The notes beneath the pieces were generated by a model. That model had not been told where the DNA came from. It worked only from the letters and a program-made list of their open reading frames with translations, and did no database searches. A stretch of 51,664 nt of DNA from a virus (Duplodnaviria; Caudoviricetes), in IMG/VR virus record IMGVR_UViG_3300001473_000098, positions 1 through 51,664 of that record; one strand, 5' to 3'. Below, piece after piece: positions 38,066 to 46,366 of this stretch. Each line of letters begins with the position of its first letter. Within the stretch, counting starts at the first letter, position 1. The position numbers and the translations under genes are program-made.

Positions 38066-38451
38066 GTTTGCCCCTCCGCTGCGTCCCTGGCCGGCTCGCA
38101 AAGCGACAAATGCGCATGCCACTGGGCAAGCAGTGCAGCGCTTGAAATCGTGTGGTGTTTGGCCTTTCTGATGTCACCGGACGCCGCGGCCTGCGCTGCC
38201 TTCTGGGACAAATAACCGAGCGTCCAGAACCAATCGAAAGGGGACTTTTCCGCGTCGCGGCTCGCACGTCCGCATGCGACCTGATGCGCAAACTCAAACA
38301 CCACGCCGCGGCTGAAATCCTCGACCTCTGGCCGGTTGAGCATCGCTTCCAGTTCCAGAATGCGCGCTTTCGCTATCTTCAATTCCGTCCGCAGATGCAT
38401 TTCCGCGGGCGACATCGTGTAGGTGCATTCCATGTTGCGCGCGTCGATCAT
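38062..38451 (-). CDS. Phage hypothetical protein
   Basis: KSPFDWFWTLGYL..KAKHHTISSAA; GGAGG RBS. Confidence 0.7.
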   Translation of the reverse strand: MIDARNMECTYTMSPAEMHLRTELKIAKARILELEAMLNRPEVEDFSRGVVFEFAHQVACGRASRDAEKSPFDWFWTLGYLSQKAAQAAASGDIRKAKHHTISSAALLAQWHAHLSLCEPARDAAEGQT

Positions 38452-39500
38452 GTCCGGCCTCCTTCGGATCCAGGCCCCGGTTCGCTGCCCGGGGCTGCGC
38501 CGCCTTCTCCGGCTTGATTCCCCCACACATCCCAGCCCGGCCGCTTGCCGCGCGCGAAGCCCTCGACCAGGGGCAGGCCCTGATAGACATGGGCGATATA
38601 GTCGTAGATCTGGTCGGGCTTTTCGGAGTGCTTACCGCGCCGGCAGTTCCAGACCGACGGATGGCGCTGGCCTTCGGGCGGGCAGCCGACCTTTTCGCCC
38701 TTGCGCCCGATCAAAAGCAGCTCATGGGTCTTGCGCCCCCAGTACCCGCTGCCGATCTGGTCCGGGTGATACCAGACCCAATGCGAGACGTAGCGATAGC
38801 CCCAGAAGGTCGGGCATTTGATCTGGCGATCGAGCAGCGGCATCGTCGCCCAAAGGAACAGAATGCTGTCGTCCAGCATCATGTCGGGGATCGGCATGGC
38901 CATGATTTCTTCCGGCGTTGCCGTCGGATAATGGTTGTCCGCCGATTTCAGCATGCCCTTTTCGGATCGGGCTTCCGTCTTCCAATGCGGATCGAAGGCG
39001 CCGACCGCATATTTCTTCTGTCCGATTTCCTCCAGGGCGCGCTCGGAATCCGCAGCAAGCCCGGCATGCAGCGCCGTTCGCTTAACCAGCTTGACATGGC
39101 TTTTGATGTCGTTGTGCGACATGCCGGGATGGATCACCTGATCCCGGATCAATTGTTGCGCGTCATCGGCCGGCAATCGCGCAACGTCGTACATGGTCGT
39201 CAGAGACGGCGGGAAAACAGTCAGATCTGACTGATTTGCAATCACGTCCGACGCGGCGATCTTCATGTATTTCCGCGCCATTTCCGGCGAAAATGGAAGG
39301 TCGGCTTCAATCATGGCGGTGAATTCGCCATGCCCCAGCTTGCTCTTGGCCGCGATCAGCGTCGCGCCGGCATCGACGATCGCCTGGACGGCCTTGCGGG
39401 CATGATTGCCGATAGCTCGAGCGAAGTCGGCGCGGGTCTCGAGATGCGCAAAGGATTGCACCTCGCGCCCCTCGCCTTCGATGATCAGTCCGCCACTCAT
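38448..39500 (-). CDS. DUF3102-like DNA-binding domain fused to MT-A70 adenine methyltransferase
   Basis: LIAAKSKLGHGEF..ARKYMKIA; DPHW (DPPW variant), HYPT, LFLWAT, HSEKP, EGFAR..GWDVWGNQ. Confidence 0.88.
   Translation of the reverse strand: MSGGLIIEGEGREVQSFAHLETRADFARAIGNHARKAVQAIVDAGATLIAAKSKLGHGEFTAMIEADLPFSPEMARKYMKIAASDVIANQSDLTVFPPSLTTMYDVARLPADDAQQLIRDQVIHPGMSHNDIKSHVKLVKRTALHAGLAADSERALEEIGQKKYAVGAFDPHWKTEARSEKGMLKSADNHYPTATPEEIMAMPIPDMMLDDSILFLWATMPLLDRQIKCPTFWGYRYVSHWVWYHPDQIGSGYWGRKTHELLLIGRKGEKVGCPPEGQRHPSVWNCRRGKHSEKPDQIYDYIAHVYQGLPLVEGFARGKRPGWDVWGNQAGEGGAAPGSEPGPGSEGGRT
39214..39238 (-). repeat. 25-bp palindromic element, copy 2 (inside the MT-A70 gene)
   Basis: AAAACAGTCAGATCTGACTGATTTG on +; one mismatch to copy 1; encodes ANQSDLTVF. 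Confidence 0.88.
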
Positions 39501-39964
39501 GGCGTCACCGCCGGCGCATCCGCCCGTTGCGGCCACGATCCGCGCACCCGGTCCACCTTCCAGAACGACCCGTCAAACCGGCTGCCCGATCGCGCCGCGT
39601 GGACCTTCGCGCCGTGGATCACCGCCGAATTGTCGCGATTGACGATGCGCCCGACCTGCTCCGACGACAGTTTTGTTTCCGTCAACAGCCGAAAGCAAAG
39701 ATGATGCCGCGGCGCGGTCAGGTAGTTCGACCGTCTCGGACTTTGAATCTCGGAAAGCGTCAGATTGTATTGATCCAGGACCTGACGGACGATAGCCCGG
39801 ACCGGGATCGGGACACCGCCAGACTGGCGCACCAAGTAAATTCTGTAGGCCCGCAACGGCATTGGCAAGTGGTGCTGGATGTCGGCCCAGCGCAGCCGGC
39901 CGTTGACCAGGTTGACAATCGCAGCGCGATCCTTGGCGGCGGACGTTGCTTCAACCGTGTGCAT
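39497..39964 (-). CDS. DnaA C-terminal (domain IV)-like HTH protein
   Basis: EIQSPRR..PRH..LSSEQVGRIVNRDNSAVIHG. Confidence 0.8.
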   Translation of the reverse strand: MHTVEATSAAKDRAAIVNLVNGRLRWADIQHHLPMPLRAYRIYLVRQSGGVPIPVRAIVRQVLDQYNLTLSEIQSPRRSNYLTAPRHHLCFRLLTETKLSSEQVGRIVNRDNSAVIHGAKVHAARSGSRFDGSFWKVDRVRGSWPQRADAPAVTP

Positions 39965-39968
39965 CGCC

Positions 39969-40751
39969 CTACTCCTTGTCGCGGACATAAAGCCCGCTGG
40001 TCGGATATTTGACGGTGTAGACATTCGAAATCGCGACGCGCATGGCCATGGCCGGCGTGTCGCCGCCAAGCCGGATCCTGTTCGCCGCGGCGAGCATTTC
40101 CGCCGCGGTCTGCGCCCCAAGCGCCCGCGCGACCTTTTCGACCTGGGCCGATGGGTTGCGATGAAACAGAAAGGCCAGCGCCAGGATCATGTTTGCCCGC
40201 AGCACGCGGCGGACGTCCGGCCAGGCCTTGCGCAGGGCCTTCAGGGCCTTTGTGGTGTTGGCATAGCCATATTCGTTCAAGGCCCTGTGCACCGCGGCAA
40301 TCGCCATGGTTTCGCGCGGCGCCGATGATCCAATCCCGCAATCGGCCGCTTCCAGAAGCCCGTTGATCCGAAGCGCGGTCGGGTCGCCGGCGGTCACAAG
40401 CGCATGATGCTTTTCAACCAGGGTCACCGCCCTGCGGTCGGAATTGATGCCGACAAAGGCCGCGGCTTCATCCTCGATCGACGCGAACGTGAAGATAACG
40501 GTCGGCGCGCCATAGACTTGCGGATGCCGGCGTGCGGCCTCGCGCCGGTGCTGCCCTTCGACCACGGCGAACCGGCCGCGCGGACGCCTGGCAAGGGTCA
40601 GCGAGCCGAACTTTTCCCAGCGGAAATCATCGACGATCGCCTGAACAAGCGCTTCGTTCAGCGGCCGCTGATAGAGCGGGTCGACATCGATCAGATCGAC
40701 ATTGACGAAGTCGGTTTGCGGCGGCGTACCGATCGAATTGCGAGACGTCAT
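39969..40751 (-). CDS. ParB/Srx-like domain protein (DUF6551-like)
   Basis: VDPLYQRPL, FAVVEGQHRREAA, EAAAFVGIN. Confidence 0.8.
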   Translation of the reverse strand: MTSRNSIGTPPQTDFVNVDLIDVDPLYQRPLNEALVQAIVDDFRWEKFGSLTLARRPRGRFAVVEGQHRREAARRHPQVYGAPTVIFTFASIEDEAAAFVGINSDRRAVTLVEKHHALVTAGDPTALRINGLLEAADCGIGSSAPRETMAIAAVHRALNEYGYANTTKALKALRKAWPDVRRVLRANMILALAFLFHRNPSAQVEKVARALGAQTAAEMLAAANRIRLGGDTPAMAMRVAISNVYTVKYPTSGLYVRDKE

Positions 40752-40891
40752 GGCGCAAACATCCTCCCGGCGCGGAACCCCGCGCCCGTTCAAGGCTTCA
40801 AAACGTTTCAAAAACAGCCGCCGGGTTCGGGCCCGGGCTCGAGGCCTCACCCCGTCCCGACGGCGTGCCCCGTTCGGGGCTTGTCTGCCGC

Positions 40892-41062
40892 TTAAGGCGG
40901 CAGATTCTTGATCCATTCATCGAGCGCCCGTTTCAGGCGCTTGACCGGCCAGGCCGGGACAAACCAGATTTTGAGAATGAGCCCCAGCAGGACCGACAGG
41001 CCCCGGGCCAGGTGTTCGACGACGAACAGGATCACGGTCAGGACGATATGCCTTTGTTTCAT
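40892..41062 (-). CDS. Small membrane protein
   Basis: Hydrophobic 56 aa; ATGA overlap. Confidence 0.45.
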   Translation of the reverse strand: MKQRHIVLTVILFVVEHLARGLSVLLGLILKIWFVPAWPVKRLKRALDEWIKNLPP

Positions 41063-41478
41063 TCCCGCCATCCCATGATCTTTTGTGCTTTCAGATCTTC
41101 CATCCGGCGATCCAGTTCGGCGTTTTTCGCCGCGACCGCTTCGTCGTTCAGCCAGTCCGGACAATTGACCAGGGCGGCGGCCAAAAGCGGCGCGCGATAG
41201 ACAATATAGAGGCGCACCATGTTGATGCCGCTCGGTTCGGACGGGTTCGCGGACAGCCAGCGTTCCACGGTTTTGACCGGCACCCCGGTCTGACCGGAGA
41301 CACATTCGGCGGTTTTCAGCGGATGCCGGTCTGTCAGAAACCGGCGCAGGCCCTGCATATCCAGCGCGATCCCGCATGCATGAGGAATTTTCCCGCATCC
41401 ATGCGGGTAAGTTCCCCCATACATGCGGGAAGCTGTCGTGCGACATTCGAGATCGTCGAACAAAAGGACCCCGCTCAT
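41059..41478 (-). CDS. CII-position HTH protein
   Basis: HPLKTAECVSGQTGVPVKTVERWL..PS; downstream of cro; start uncertain. Confidence 0.6.
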   Translation of the reverse strand: MSGVLLFDDLECRTTASRMYGGTYPHGCGKIPHACGIALDMQGLRRFLTDRHPLKTAECVSGQTGVPVKTVERWLSANPSEPSGINMVRLYIVYRAPLLAAALVNCPDWLNDEAVAAKNAELDRRMEDLKAQKIMGWRE

Positions 41479-41611
41479 GACAGCACACCATGACATACAG
41501 CACCGCTTTCGCCTTTCAGTCTTGCCGCTCTGGCTGCGGTGGCTCCTGCAAACGCCGGAACCCAGCCCATCAGGCCCGCCGGTCGGCGCGGTCTGTTGAT
41601 CCGGGCGCAGC

Positions 41612-41833
41612 TCATGACTTTCCCCCCGCCGAAGCAAAAGCGGGCCGGACCTCATAGGCCCGGCCCAAGTCGGACGCAGACGCGTCCTGGGAGGAACGAA
41701 ACAGGGTGGCTTGTTGACCGAAGGAACACGATGTCGCCAGGAGGCCCAGACCAAGGACTGTCACCAGCACGAAGGTCAGTGCCGTCGGGATTGTTGCGGT
41801 CGGAGCGGAGGGCTGGAATGGATGGCGGGTCAT
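41612..41833 (-). CDS. Small TM protein
   Basis: ATGA coupling to cro; one hydrophobic segment. Confidence 0.4.
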   Translation of the reverse strand: MTRHPFQPSAPTATIPTALTFVLVTVLGLGLLATSCSFGQQATLFRSSQDASASDLGRAYEVRPAFASAGGKS

Positions 41834-42054
41834 TCGGCGGCCTCCGAAATTGGTTTTTTAAGTTCCGGCAAATCAACGAAATCATTTGGCGTAACTTGAC
41901 CGCCCGTCTCGACATAAATCTGCCGAAGCTGCGAACGGCGCGGCATGCGATGGCCGCGACGCCATTTCCAGACGGCCTCAACAGACACGGAAAAACGCTC
42001 CGCGAGGTTCGCGTTGCTCAAATTTTCCAAATCTTTCCATTCATCCAAGGTCAT
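41830..42054 (-). CDS. cro: Cro-like repressor
   Basis: MTLDEW..LAERFSVSVEAVWKWRRGHRMP..TGGQVTPNDF; divergent from cI. Confidence 0.85.
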   Translation of the reverse strand: MTLDEWKDLENLSNANLAERFSVSVEAVWKWRRGHRMPRRSQLRQIYVETGGQVTPNDFVDLPELKKPISEAAE

Positions 42055-42059
42055 AAATC

Positions 42060-42162
42060 CAAAAATGTACATTTTGGGCGTTTCGTCAACCCATTTTTTG
42101 GGGTCGCCCGTTCCAATCCGATATGGGTGGCGACATCAGGAAGCAAAAAATGCACTATCTGG
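42060..42162. promoter_or_regulatory. OR-like operator and divergent promoter region
   Basis: Palindrome AAAATGTACATTTT at 42062-42075, related AAAATGCACTATCTGG at 42147-42162, TTGACG on minus at 42084-42089. Confidence 0.6.
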
Positions 42163-42164
42163 AC

Positions 42165-42632
42165 ATGAAAGAAACAGACAATAAGGCGACCCACCGGTTG
42201 CGCGAACTCCGGGAATCCCGCGGCTTTTCACAAGAAAAGGCGGGCGAGTTATTCGGCATGTCCACAAGCGGCTATCAAAAAATCGAACAGGGCAGCCGCG
42301 GCCTGAAGGCGAATGTGATCGCTAAAGCCTGCGAGATCTACGGTGTGGATGAAGGCGCCGTGCTCGGCAGCAGCAACCCGAGGCTGTACTCGGTTGTGTC
42401 GAATCCAACTAAAAATTTTGCGTTGCAATTAAATCGCGAACTGCTAACGTCCATAATTGTAAAGGTCGACGAGGTTAGGAAGTTGAGAAAAGTCGCCCTA
42501 GGCGGCAAAGAACCGGAACAATATGCGGAATTTGTTGCTGATCTTTACGAACTCGCAATGAGTAAAGGCGGCGATTTTGAGACGATTTCCTACTTCTTTG
42601 ACTTGGCGTCGTATGAGGAAGACAAAAAATAA
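42165..42632 (+). CDS. CI-like XRE repressor without S24 peptidase domain
   Basis: RLRELRESRGFSQEKAGELFGMSTSGYQKIEQG; short helical C-terminal domain. Confidence 0.85.
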   Translation: MKETDNKATHRLRELRESRGFSQEKAGELFGMSTSGYQKIEQGSRGLKANVIAKACEIYGVDEGAVLGSSNPRLYSVVSNPTKNFALQLNRELLTSIIVKVDEVRKLRKVALGGKEPEQYAEFVADLYELAMSKGGDFETISYFFDLASYEEDKK

Positions 42633-42671
42633 CTGACGCGCACTTGCAAATGGCCAAGATATCAAGATTAT

Positions 42672-43082
42672 ATGGGGCGCGGCATGGATTATTCCCTAAG
42701 CGATGTGGAAAAGAGAATAGCAGAACGTTTCTCATCACCGAGTGAATGCTCTGTTTATGAAACCCTTGAGGCGATCAGCATAATCTGTATTTCCGCAGGG
42801 GAACAGCGGTTTCTGGACGATCATCTCCGGAATTTTTATGGTGTTGATGTTCAATTTTTACGCTCAAACCTACCCACTATTGAGCATGCTGCAAAAGAAC
42901 TGATCATCCGCCTCTTGCTGAAGACGGAAACGGAAATTGCCGAAAACGATCTGTTCTCCGTTCGGGACGCTTTGATTTACGATCAGTTCGGCGTATCCTT
43001 CGTGGACCAGCTCAACATGGTTCAATTGGCCCGGTACATCGGAATGATGCGGGCCATCATTGCGCAGTACAAGGCACCATGA
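42672..43082 (+). CDS. Hypothetical protein (immunity region, AT-rich)
   Basis: 136-aa ORF following cI; ATGA-coupled to the next gene. Confidence 0.65.
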   Translation: MGRGMDYSLSDVEKRIAERFSSPSECSVYETLEAISIICISAGEQRFLDDHLRNFYGVDVQFLRSNLPTIEHAAKELIIRLLLKTETEIAENDLFSVRDALIYDQFGVSFVDQLNMVQLARYIGMMRAIIAQYKAP

Positions 43083-43567
43083 CGCACAAATGCTATGATG
43101 AAGATATAGCAACGTTGTCCCGCGGGATGGCGGATCCGACCTTGTGTCGCGTTTATGAAGCCTTTCAACGAACCAATGGCGTTTTGACAAAAGCCAACGA
43201 ATGGGCGTTGCCACACCTATCGATCACAACCGATGAAGTGAAGCCGGATGTGGTCCCGCCGATTATTGTCGTCGGATCAAAGACGTCGCAGCGGATGTGG
43301 TTTGGCCAAGAATGGTCGGATTGCCCCCTGACGCGGCATCAGTTCCCGTTGGATCTCGAGATGGAAATGGTTTCCGCGCCGGCTTATTGCAAGGCAGCCA
43401 GCGGAACCCCTTACTACGGGATTGCGGTCTTCGACACACGCCACTCACCGGGACTTAACAAATCCACAGGCCCACTGACCATAGACCGACTGGTGTTCCC
43501 TATCAGATTCAAGCAGAACGGACCTACCTTCTGCGCATATATGGGGTCCGTGCTAAGCCAAGCTTAG
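43079..43567 (+). CDS. PAS_5-like ligand-binding protein
   Basis: DPTLCRVYEAF..LPHLSI..IVVGS..FGQEW..AYCKAASGTPYY..DRLVFPI resembles the alphaproteobacterial PAS_5 pattern; judged by eye. Confidence 0.5.
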   Translation: MTHKCYDEDIATLSRGMADPTLCRVYEAFQRTNGVLTKANEWALPHLSITTDEVKPDVVPPIIVVGSKTSQRMWFGQEWSDCPLTRHQFPLDLEMEMVSAPAYCKAASGTPYYGIAVFDTRHSPGLNKSTGPLTIDRLVFPIRFKQNGPTFCAYMGSVLSQA

Positions 43568-44294
43568 ATATTTGTCGCGCCGAGTATTCGACGTAGGCGC
43601 GAGGCGAAGCGACCAACCAGTCATCTTCGTGGATGTGGTCTATTGGCGGCGCCTTTTTCCAATCGACACTGAACGGCTCTGCAAGGCGATAGCCCGCGCG
43701 CGAATGAAACCCTGCATAGACACCTTCAGTATGCATCAGGCCGTAGATCCAGTCATAGTTCCAATGAAGCAGAGCAATAAAGAACCCCATATGGACAAGC
43801 GCTTCAGAGAACCCGTCTCCCCGGTATTCCTCATGCACCCAGAAATCGCCGTGATAAGCAACCCGGCCGGTAATCTCGAACGCACCCAAACAATGTTGCT
43901 TGCCTAATTCGAATTCACTCGGATCCACCTGGTTCGCCGCTTTCCGTCGCTGCTGACTGTTCCAATGCTCCGCAAGCGTGCGCGCTTGAAGATCTTCGAC
44001 CCGTGCGGCTTGTATCGACACGCACTTTTCGTCTTTGTCGTACAAACCGATCCAGAAAAAATTGGCTTCATGCAAATCAAATTGTCGCCCGTCAAAATCG
44101 TCGGTCAGCTCCTTACCGTCCAGGGCCGCGGCAGTCTCCTGCAACAGATCGCAATCAAAATGCAACTCATACGTCAGACCGCGACTGCGGATTTCCGTGT
44201 CGATCTGGGCGATCGCCAGGGCCGCCGAAAGCGAGTTGCGGTTACCGGTCATGTCAACATCCACAGGAATCCGCAGGCGTTCTAATACGTGCAT
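43524..44294 (-). CDS. GNAT-fold acyltransferase/synthase-like protein
   Basis: FFWIGL..QAAR; motif A YHGDFWVHEEYRGDG; DWIYGLM..RAGY. Confidence 0.6.
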   Translation of the reverse strand: MHVLERLRIPVDVDMTGNRNSLSAALAIAQIDTEIRSRGLTYELHFDCDLLQETAAALDGKELTDDFDGRQFDLHEANFFWIGLYDKDEKCVSIQAARVEDLQARTLAEHWNSQQRRKAANQVDPSEFELGKQHCLGAFEITGRVAYHGDFWVHEEYRGDGFSEALVHMGFFIALLHWNYDWIYGLMHTEGVYAGFHSRAGYRLAEPFSVDWKKAPPIDHIHEDDWLVASPRAYVEYSARQISKLGLARTPYMRRR

Positions 44295-44395
44295 GGTTAA
44301 TTTTCCCCAAAACTAGCAAAGCCGAAATCGGCAAACCGAGCGCTACACAACCCCGTTTTCAGGGCGTCTCGGCACCTTTTCAGAACCTATACGTA

Positions 44396-44435
44396 CAATT
44401 TGTACTTTACAATATGTCCATTTTGGCTTTATTTG
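44396..44435 (+). promoter_or_regulatory. PL/OL-like early promoter with operator
   Basis: TTTACA at 44406, then AATATGTCCATTTTGG (similar to the OR site), then a T/A-rich -10 at ~44429-44435. Confidence 0.55.
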
Positions 44436-44464
44436 GATCAATCTTGCTTCTGATCGCAAGCGGC

Positions 44465-44489
44465 CAAACCAGTCAGATCTGACTGTTTT
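44465..44489 (+). repeat. 25-bp palindromic element, copy 3 (early-right leader)
   Basis: CAAACCAGTCAGATCTGACTGTTTT, the exact reverse complement of copy 1; just before the AGGAGG RBS. Confidence 0.9.
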
Positions 44490-44505
44490 CAAAAGGAGGA
44501 AAGCC

Positions 44506-44739
44506 ATGAAACACACCGCCAACATGACGCCGATGGATCTGATCTGCTGCGGGCACTCTGTACCGGATCACCTTTTTTCAGACGCGCAACGCGCGGACAT
44601 GACGGGCAGCCCCTACCGGGCACAAGACGCGGATGGTCGTTGGTACAGCACGACGTTGAACGACAAAGACCGCAAGTTTCGCCAGTCCTATTGGAAACCG
44701 GACACGGGACACCGAGCGGATTTCGTCGCGGGGCTCTGA
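44506..44739 (+). CDS. Hypothetical protein
   Basis: AGGAGG RBS; first gene of the rightward early operon. Confidence 0.7.
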   Translation: MKHTANMTPMDLICCGHSVPDHLFSDAQRADMTGSPYRAQDADGRWYSTTLNDKDRKFRQSYWKPDTGHRADFVAGL

Positions 44740-44802
44740 TGCCCCTTTGTCGGCACCAAGCGCGGCGGCCTAACCGCCGCCCTCTCCCGAAAGGAATCTG
44801 AC

Positions 44803-45012
44803 ATGCCTACGCTTTATCGGATCGGCGTCATCGGAACGAAAGGCGGCAACCGGCGCTATGTGTCGGGCACGGCCAATCAAATCGAAATTGAGGCCCGCGA
44901 CGACGCGCTGCATTGGAATAAGCGTGAAGCGAAAATCCTGTGCGACGCTTTCAACGCCGAATTTATCCGACTGAAACGCGATGAACGCTTCCAGATCGAG
45001 CGGGCCGCCTGA
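44803..45012 (+). CDS. Hypothetical protein
   Basis: AAGGA RBS; TGATG coupling to the next gene. Confidence 0.65.
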   Translation: MPTLYRIGVIGTKGGNRRYVSGTANQIEIEARDDALHWNKREAKILCDAFNAEFIRLKRDERFQIERAA

Positions 45013-46136
45013 TGCCCGACATTGCCGCCACCCCGCAAATCGACCGTCTGGTGAAATCCGGCGCGCCCGTCGCCATCGGCGTTTCGGGGGGCAAGGACAG
45101 CCAGGCCTGCGCCCTCGCCACATTCGACCATCTTGACCGGATCGGCCATACCGGGCCGCGCTTGCTGGTGCATGCCGATCTCGGATCCGTCGAATGGAAC
45201 GCCTCGCTTCCGGCATGCCATGCCCTGGCCGAAAAACTCGGATGCGACCTGGTCGTCGTCCGCCGCAAGGCCGGCGGCCTGATGCAGCGCTGGCAAAGTC
45301 GGTGGCATTCCAGCCGCACCCGCTATGAAGCCCTTTCAACCGTCACCCTCGTGCCGTGCTGGTCGACCCCCGGGATGCGCTTTTGCACCTCGGAGATGAA
45401 AACCCACGTCATCACCGCCGAGCTGAAGCGGCGGTTCAAGGGGCAGGCAATCATCAACGTCACAGGGATCCGCCGCCAGGAAAGCGCCCGCCGCGCCCAG
45501 ACGGCCATCGCCGGCAAAAGCGCCGACGGCCGCCTGATCCATTGGCGCCCCATCGCCAACTGGTCCACAGACGACGTCTTCGGCGAAACCGCTGCGCACG
45601 GGCAGCACCCGCACCCCGCCTATACGGACTTCGGCATGAGCCGGGTGTCGTGCCGGTTCTGCATCATGCAGAACCTGGACGACATGGTCGCCGCGACACG
45701 GCAGCCGGAAGCGCACGGCATCTATCGGGAAATGGTCGGGCTGGAAATCGACAGCACGTTCGCCTTCCAGGGCGCGCGCTGGCTGGGAGACATCGCCCCT
45801 CACCTGTTGAGCGCCGAAGACCGCGCAGGCCTTGCCGACGCCAAGGACAGGGCCGCGCGGCGGGTCGCGGCCGAAGCGCGGATCACGAAGGAGATGCGCT
45901 ACGTCGCCGGCTGGCCAACCCGAATGCTGACGGATTCCGAAGCCGACTGTCTGGCCGAAGTCCGTACCGAGGTCAGCGGGTTGATGGGGTTTCGATCGGA
46001 CTTCCTGACCCGCGACGCGATCCACGGACGCTATGCCGACCTGCTCGCGCAGCAAGCGGCGAAGCGCAAGACAGGCGCCGGCAAGCCGAGGCGTCGCAAT
46101 TTCAAACTTCAGACCAATACGGGAGTTGCCGCATGA
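45012..46136 (+). CDS. PAPS reductase (CysH/DndC-like) family protein
   Basis: SGGKDS PP-loop, RFCTSEMK, GIRRQESARR, RVSCRFC. Confidence 0.9.
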   Translation: MPDIAATPQIDRLVKSGAPVAIGVSGGKDSQACALATFDHLDRIGHTGPRLLVHADLGSVEWNASLPACHALAEKLGCDLVVVRRKAGGLMQRWQSRWHSSRTRYEALSTVTLVPCWSTPGMRFCTSEMKTHVITAELKRRFKGQAIINVTGIRRQESARRAQTAIAGKSADGRLIHWRPIANWSTDDVFGETAAHGQHPHPAYTDFGMSRVSCRFCIMQNLDDMVAATRQPEAHGIYREMVGLEIDSTFAFQGARWLGDIAPHLLSAEDRAGLADAKDRAARRVAAEARITKEMRYVAGWPTRMLTDSEADCLAEVRTEVSGLMGFRSDFLTRDAIHGRYADLLAQQAAKRKTGAGKPRRRNFKLQTNTGVAA

Positions 46137-46366
46137 TGATGCTCAACCAGTATGCATCAAACCGGATGTATTTTTGGGAAGATGCCGAAGGAACAGAACT
46201 TTCCGACCTGTTCACCGATCGATGGCCGGCCTTGATCTGGGCGCTCGAACGCGGGTGGCATATCAAAATGGGGGATGAAGAATCCCTTTGGGCTGTCAGC
46301 CCCGGCCATGCCGCAGACTGGGTGGGGCTTCCGCCGAAGCACCCGTCAAAAAGGGTGTCGGCATGA
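46133..46366 (+). CDS. Hypothetical protein
   Basis: ATGA overlap, GGGAG RBS. Confidence 0.55.
   Translation: MMMLNQYASNRMYFWEDAEGTELSDLFTDRWPALIWALERGWHIKMGDEESLWAVSPGHAADWVGLPPKHPSKRVSA

Noticed and set aside
44383-44396. Possible alphaproteobacterial LexA box GAAC..GTAC
   Set aside because: Spacer is 6 nt, not the expected 7
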